Source: Podarcis bocagei
Lineage: Eukaryota
Assembly (NCBI GenBank): GCA_964188305.1
Contig: OZ076890.1
Reading direction: 5' to 3' (one strand)
DNA: 64,000 nucleotides
This document shows positions 61,621 to 64,000 of the stretch, piece after piece (within the stretch, counting starts at the first letter, position 1; each line of letters begins with the position of its first letter). The position numbers were made by a program, and so were the translations under genes. Under the pieces are notes generated by a model that worked only from the letters and a program-made list of their open reading frames with translations, was not told where the DNA came from and searched no databases.

Positions 61621-63568
61621 GGTCCCAGAGCGATGCCAAAGCTGCGCTGGATGGGATTTTTCTGTATCGGGTGAGATGGGATTATCTGGAGTTAGCAAGC
61701 CTTTATTACTCCTTTATCGTAGGTGGATTACTACTACCTGCTTGAGTGGGGGAAAGCTGATTACTTTTGATCTCTGCTTTTGATATCAGTGGCAGTGATT
61801 GTCTTTCTGGAATGTTGAGGATTGCTAAGAGGTGGCACTCGGTTGCAATGTTTCTGTACCTACCTTGCAGGGCAGTTCCTGAAGGTGGTATTTCCATTTC
61901 TTGTGGGAGACAATCCTGTGCCGTTTCTCAAGGTTCTGCCTGTGCACTCAAGTGAGACAGCTTCATGGAGTCTTCTAGGGATTTCCTTCTATATCCAGGC
62001 TGGCAGGGCCTTCCATGAATAAGATTCATAATGAACTGAATAAAAGTGGGAAAACTAAAGTTCAGTCAGATAAGATGGACCTGTTGATGCTGGGCGGCGG
62101 GCCTTTTCTTAAATGGGAGTCTCCTTTCAATTAAATAAAGAACAAACATATCGGTGGAACGAGGCTTCAGAATCAGAGTCCTCAGATTCCTCGAATCTTG
62201 ATTTCCTGTAGTCCTGTAACATGTCCGAATAAATTCAACTTCGTTATTCAAAAAAATAAAAATAAAGAACAAATGTGCACCTTGGGAACCTGTAGCTGTT
62301 TCATGATGCCCAAATGGCAGCCATGACCAGTAATGTGTTCTTCCAGCTTTTGAGTAGCACACAGCTGTCTGCATCACATCGACCTAGATACTACACAACT
62401 AGATGTTTGGCATGTCCCTGGTAGCAACACCTCTGGGCTGTAATGCAGTGCTCTTCAACCTAGCCTTGAACTAGTTTTCAAGCTCCAGCTGATTTGAAGT
62501 GTGGCAGCTCTACTTCCATCAGAAGTTGCTGAGCTCATATAAAAGTTATTCTTGCTGGTTCTAATTCTCCCTTAAAAAATTAAAAAATGATGTCCTTGGA
62601 AGTTACTTATTGAACTCCTGGTCCTTCAAAGGACTTGATTCCCTCTTTCCCATCCTGCTAATAATGGCCTGCCCAGTGAAGGGATCCCTTAATTGAGAGA
62701 AGTCTGCAGTGTTTTTTCTAGTATGAGGGAAAGACTATGGCAAGGCATGGATGTTGCTAATTTCTTTTTTATGCTGGGAATAGTGGGAAGTTGTAGTTCA
62801 ACCCCTATGATTCCATGGAGGAAAAGGACACTAGCCTAACATTTTGGACTTCTACCATAAAGTGAGCCCTCCATCACCTAGCATTCCCCTGGGTGAGCAG
62901 GGTGCAAACAGAATCATGTTGGGAAAGTTTCCTTGCAGCAGGCTGTGCTCACCTTAATTCTGTCTATCGTGGTTAAACACCCCTGCTTTGAATTTTTGCC
63001 CTATTCCAAGTGTTACGATGATGTCACCTATACTTTTAATTATTTCACTGTAAGCTGCAGTAATGTTTTTTTATTTGCATTCCTGCTATAACAGACAACA
63101 TTCATTTTTAGTTGCACTTAGATGTACCTTGCAGATGCATAAACTGGTATATTTTTGCAACTCCCTTTTATAACTCTGAAAATTTGTAGTGGTGGTGAAG
63201 ATTATTCAACACTGGCAATATTTTAGGGATAAATGCAGTACTTTTTTAGGCTGAATGCAGTAAAAATGAAATGTTAAATTTACTTCACTCTGTTCTGCAT
63301 TAATAATTAGTAATACCATTCCCTGAATAAGCCTTGCACCAGTTTTATTGGTTCTTAAATCTAGTTTTCTTCTTGCGCTGTAGTAATGGGAATTAAATAG
63401 AGTTCTATTTAAAGATGCCCTTGAAATGTTGTGAAAACATTCCTTACTTATTCTAGAAAGTCACAGTGCAATCATGAATCCCAGTAGATCCACTGTATCC
63501 TCTACATCAGTAATATCCTATACACTGGAACTAATTCCAGTAAGAGAGAACAAAACTGTCAACCAATT

Positions 63569-63943
63569 TGTTGTTGTTTAGTCGTGTCCGACTCTTCGTG
63601 ACCCCATGGACCAGAGCACGCCAGGCACTCCTGTCTTCCACTGCCTCCCGCAGTTTGGTCAAACTCATGCTGGTAGCTTCGAGAACACTGTCCAACCATC
63701 TCGCCCTCTGTCGTCCCCTTCTCCTTGTGCCCTCCATCTTTCCCAACATCAGGGTCTTTTCCAGGGAGTCTTCTCTTCTCATGAGGTGGCCAAAGTATTG
63801 GAGTCTCAGCTTCAGGATCTGTCCTTCCAGTGAGCACTCAGGGCTGATTTCCTTAAGAATGGATAGGTTTGATCTTCTTGCAGTTGATGGGACTCTCAAG
63901 AGTCTCCTCCAGAACCATAATTCAAAAGCATCAATTCTTCGGC
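63569..63943 (-). mobile_element. Bov-B (RTE) LINE 3' fragment
   Basis: ORF 63531..63989 gives RRIDAFELWFWRRLLRVP..LRLQYFGHLMRREDSLEKTLMLGK..RWLD; (CAA)n tail. Confidence 0.93.
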
Positions 63944-64000
63944 AAGCGAAGTCAAACTCACAATAATAGCTGCATCGTTCTGTGAACATGCAGAGGTCTT

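Noticed and set aside
48625-64000. Search for LONRF2 exon 2 or a nested gene
   Set aside because: No convincing coding exon recognised; the ORFs here are repeat-derived or look random. A small exon could have been missed.

Overview
Vertebrate genomic DNA, almost certainly a squamate reptile and probably a lacertid lizard (inferred from Sauria SINEs, Bov-B LINEs and lizard-type MITEs). The window carries the NMS-CHST10-LONRF2 block known from human 2q11.2. It contains: (1) nine coding exons of neuromedin S (NMS) on the minus strand (7600->1022; the exon encoding PRN-G was not found and probably lies left of the window); (2) the complete five-exon CDS of CHST10/HNK-1 sulfotransferase on the plus strand (25550-34411, 358 aa), with a CpG-island promoter near 17.0-17.9 kb; (3) the CpG-island promoter and first coding exon of LONRF2 (47850-48624). 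The rest is intronic or intergenic DNA rich in SINEs, LINE fragments, Tc1/mariner- and hAT-type MITEs, a probable solo LTR and microsatellites. The most notable observation is an in-frame TAG at a Trp position in NMS exon 3 of an otherwise intact gene; the same TAG forms a frame-preserving NAGNAG splice acceptor. Also notable are an RE1/REST site in NMS intron 1, a MITE filled with a 148-bp-period all-palindrome array whose loop flips orientation midway, and twin 3-codon uORFs ahead of LONRF2. I see no convincing wholly new gene system. Comparisons with orthologues and repeat families are from memory, not from a search.
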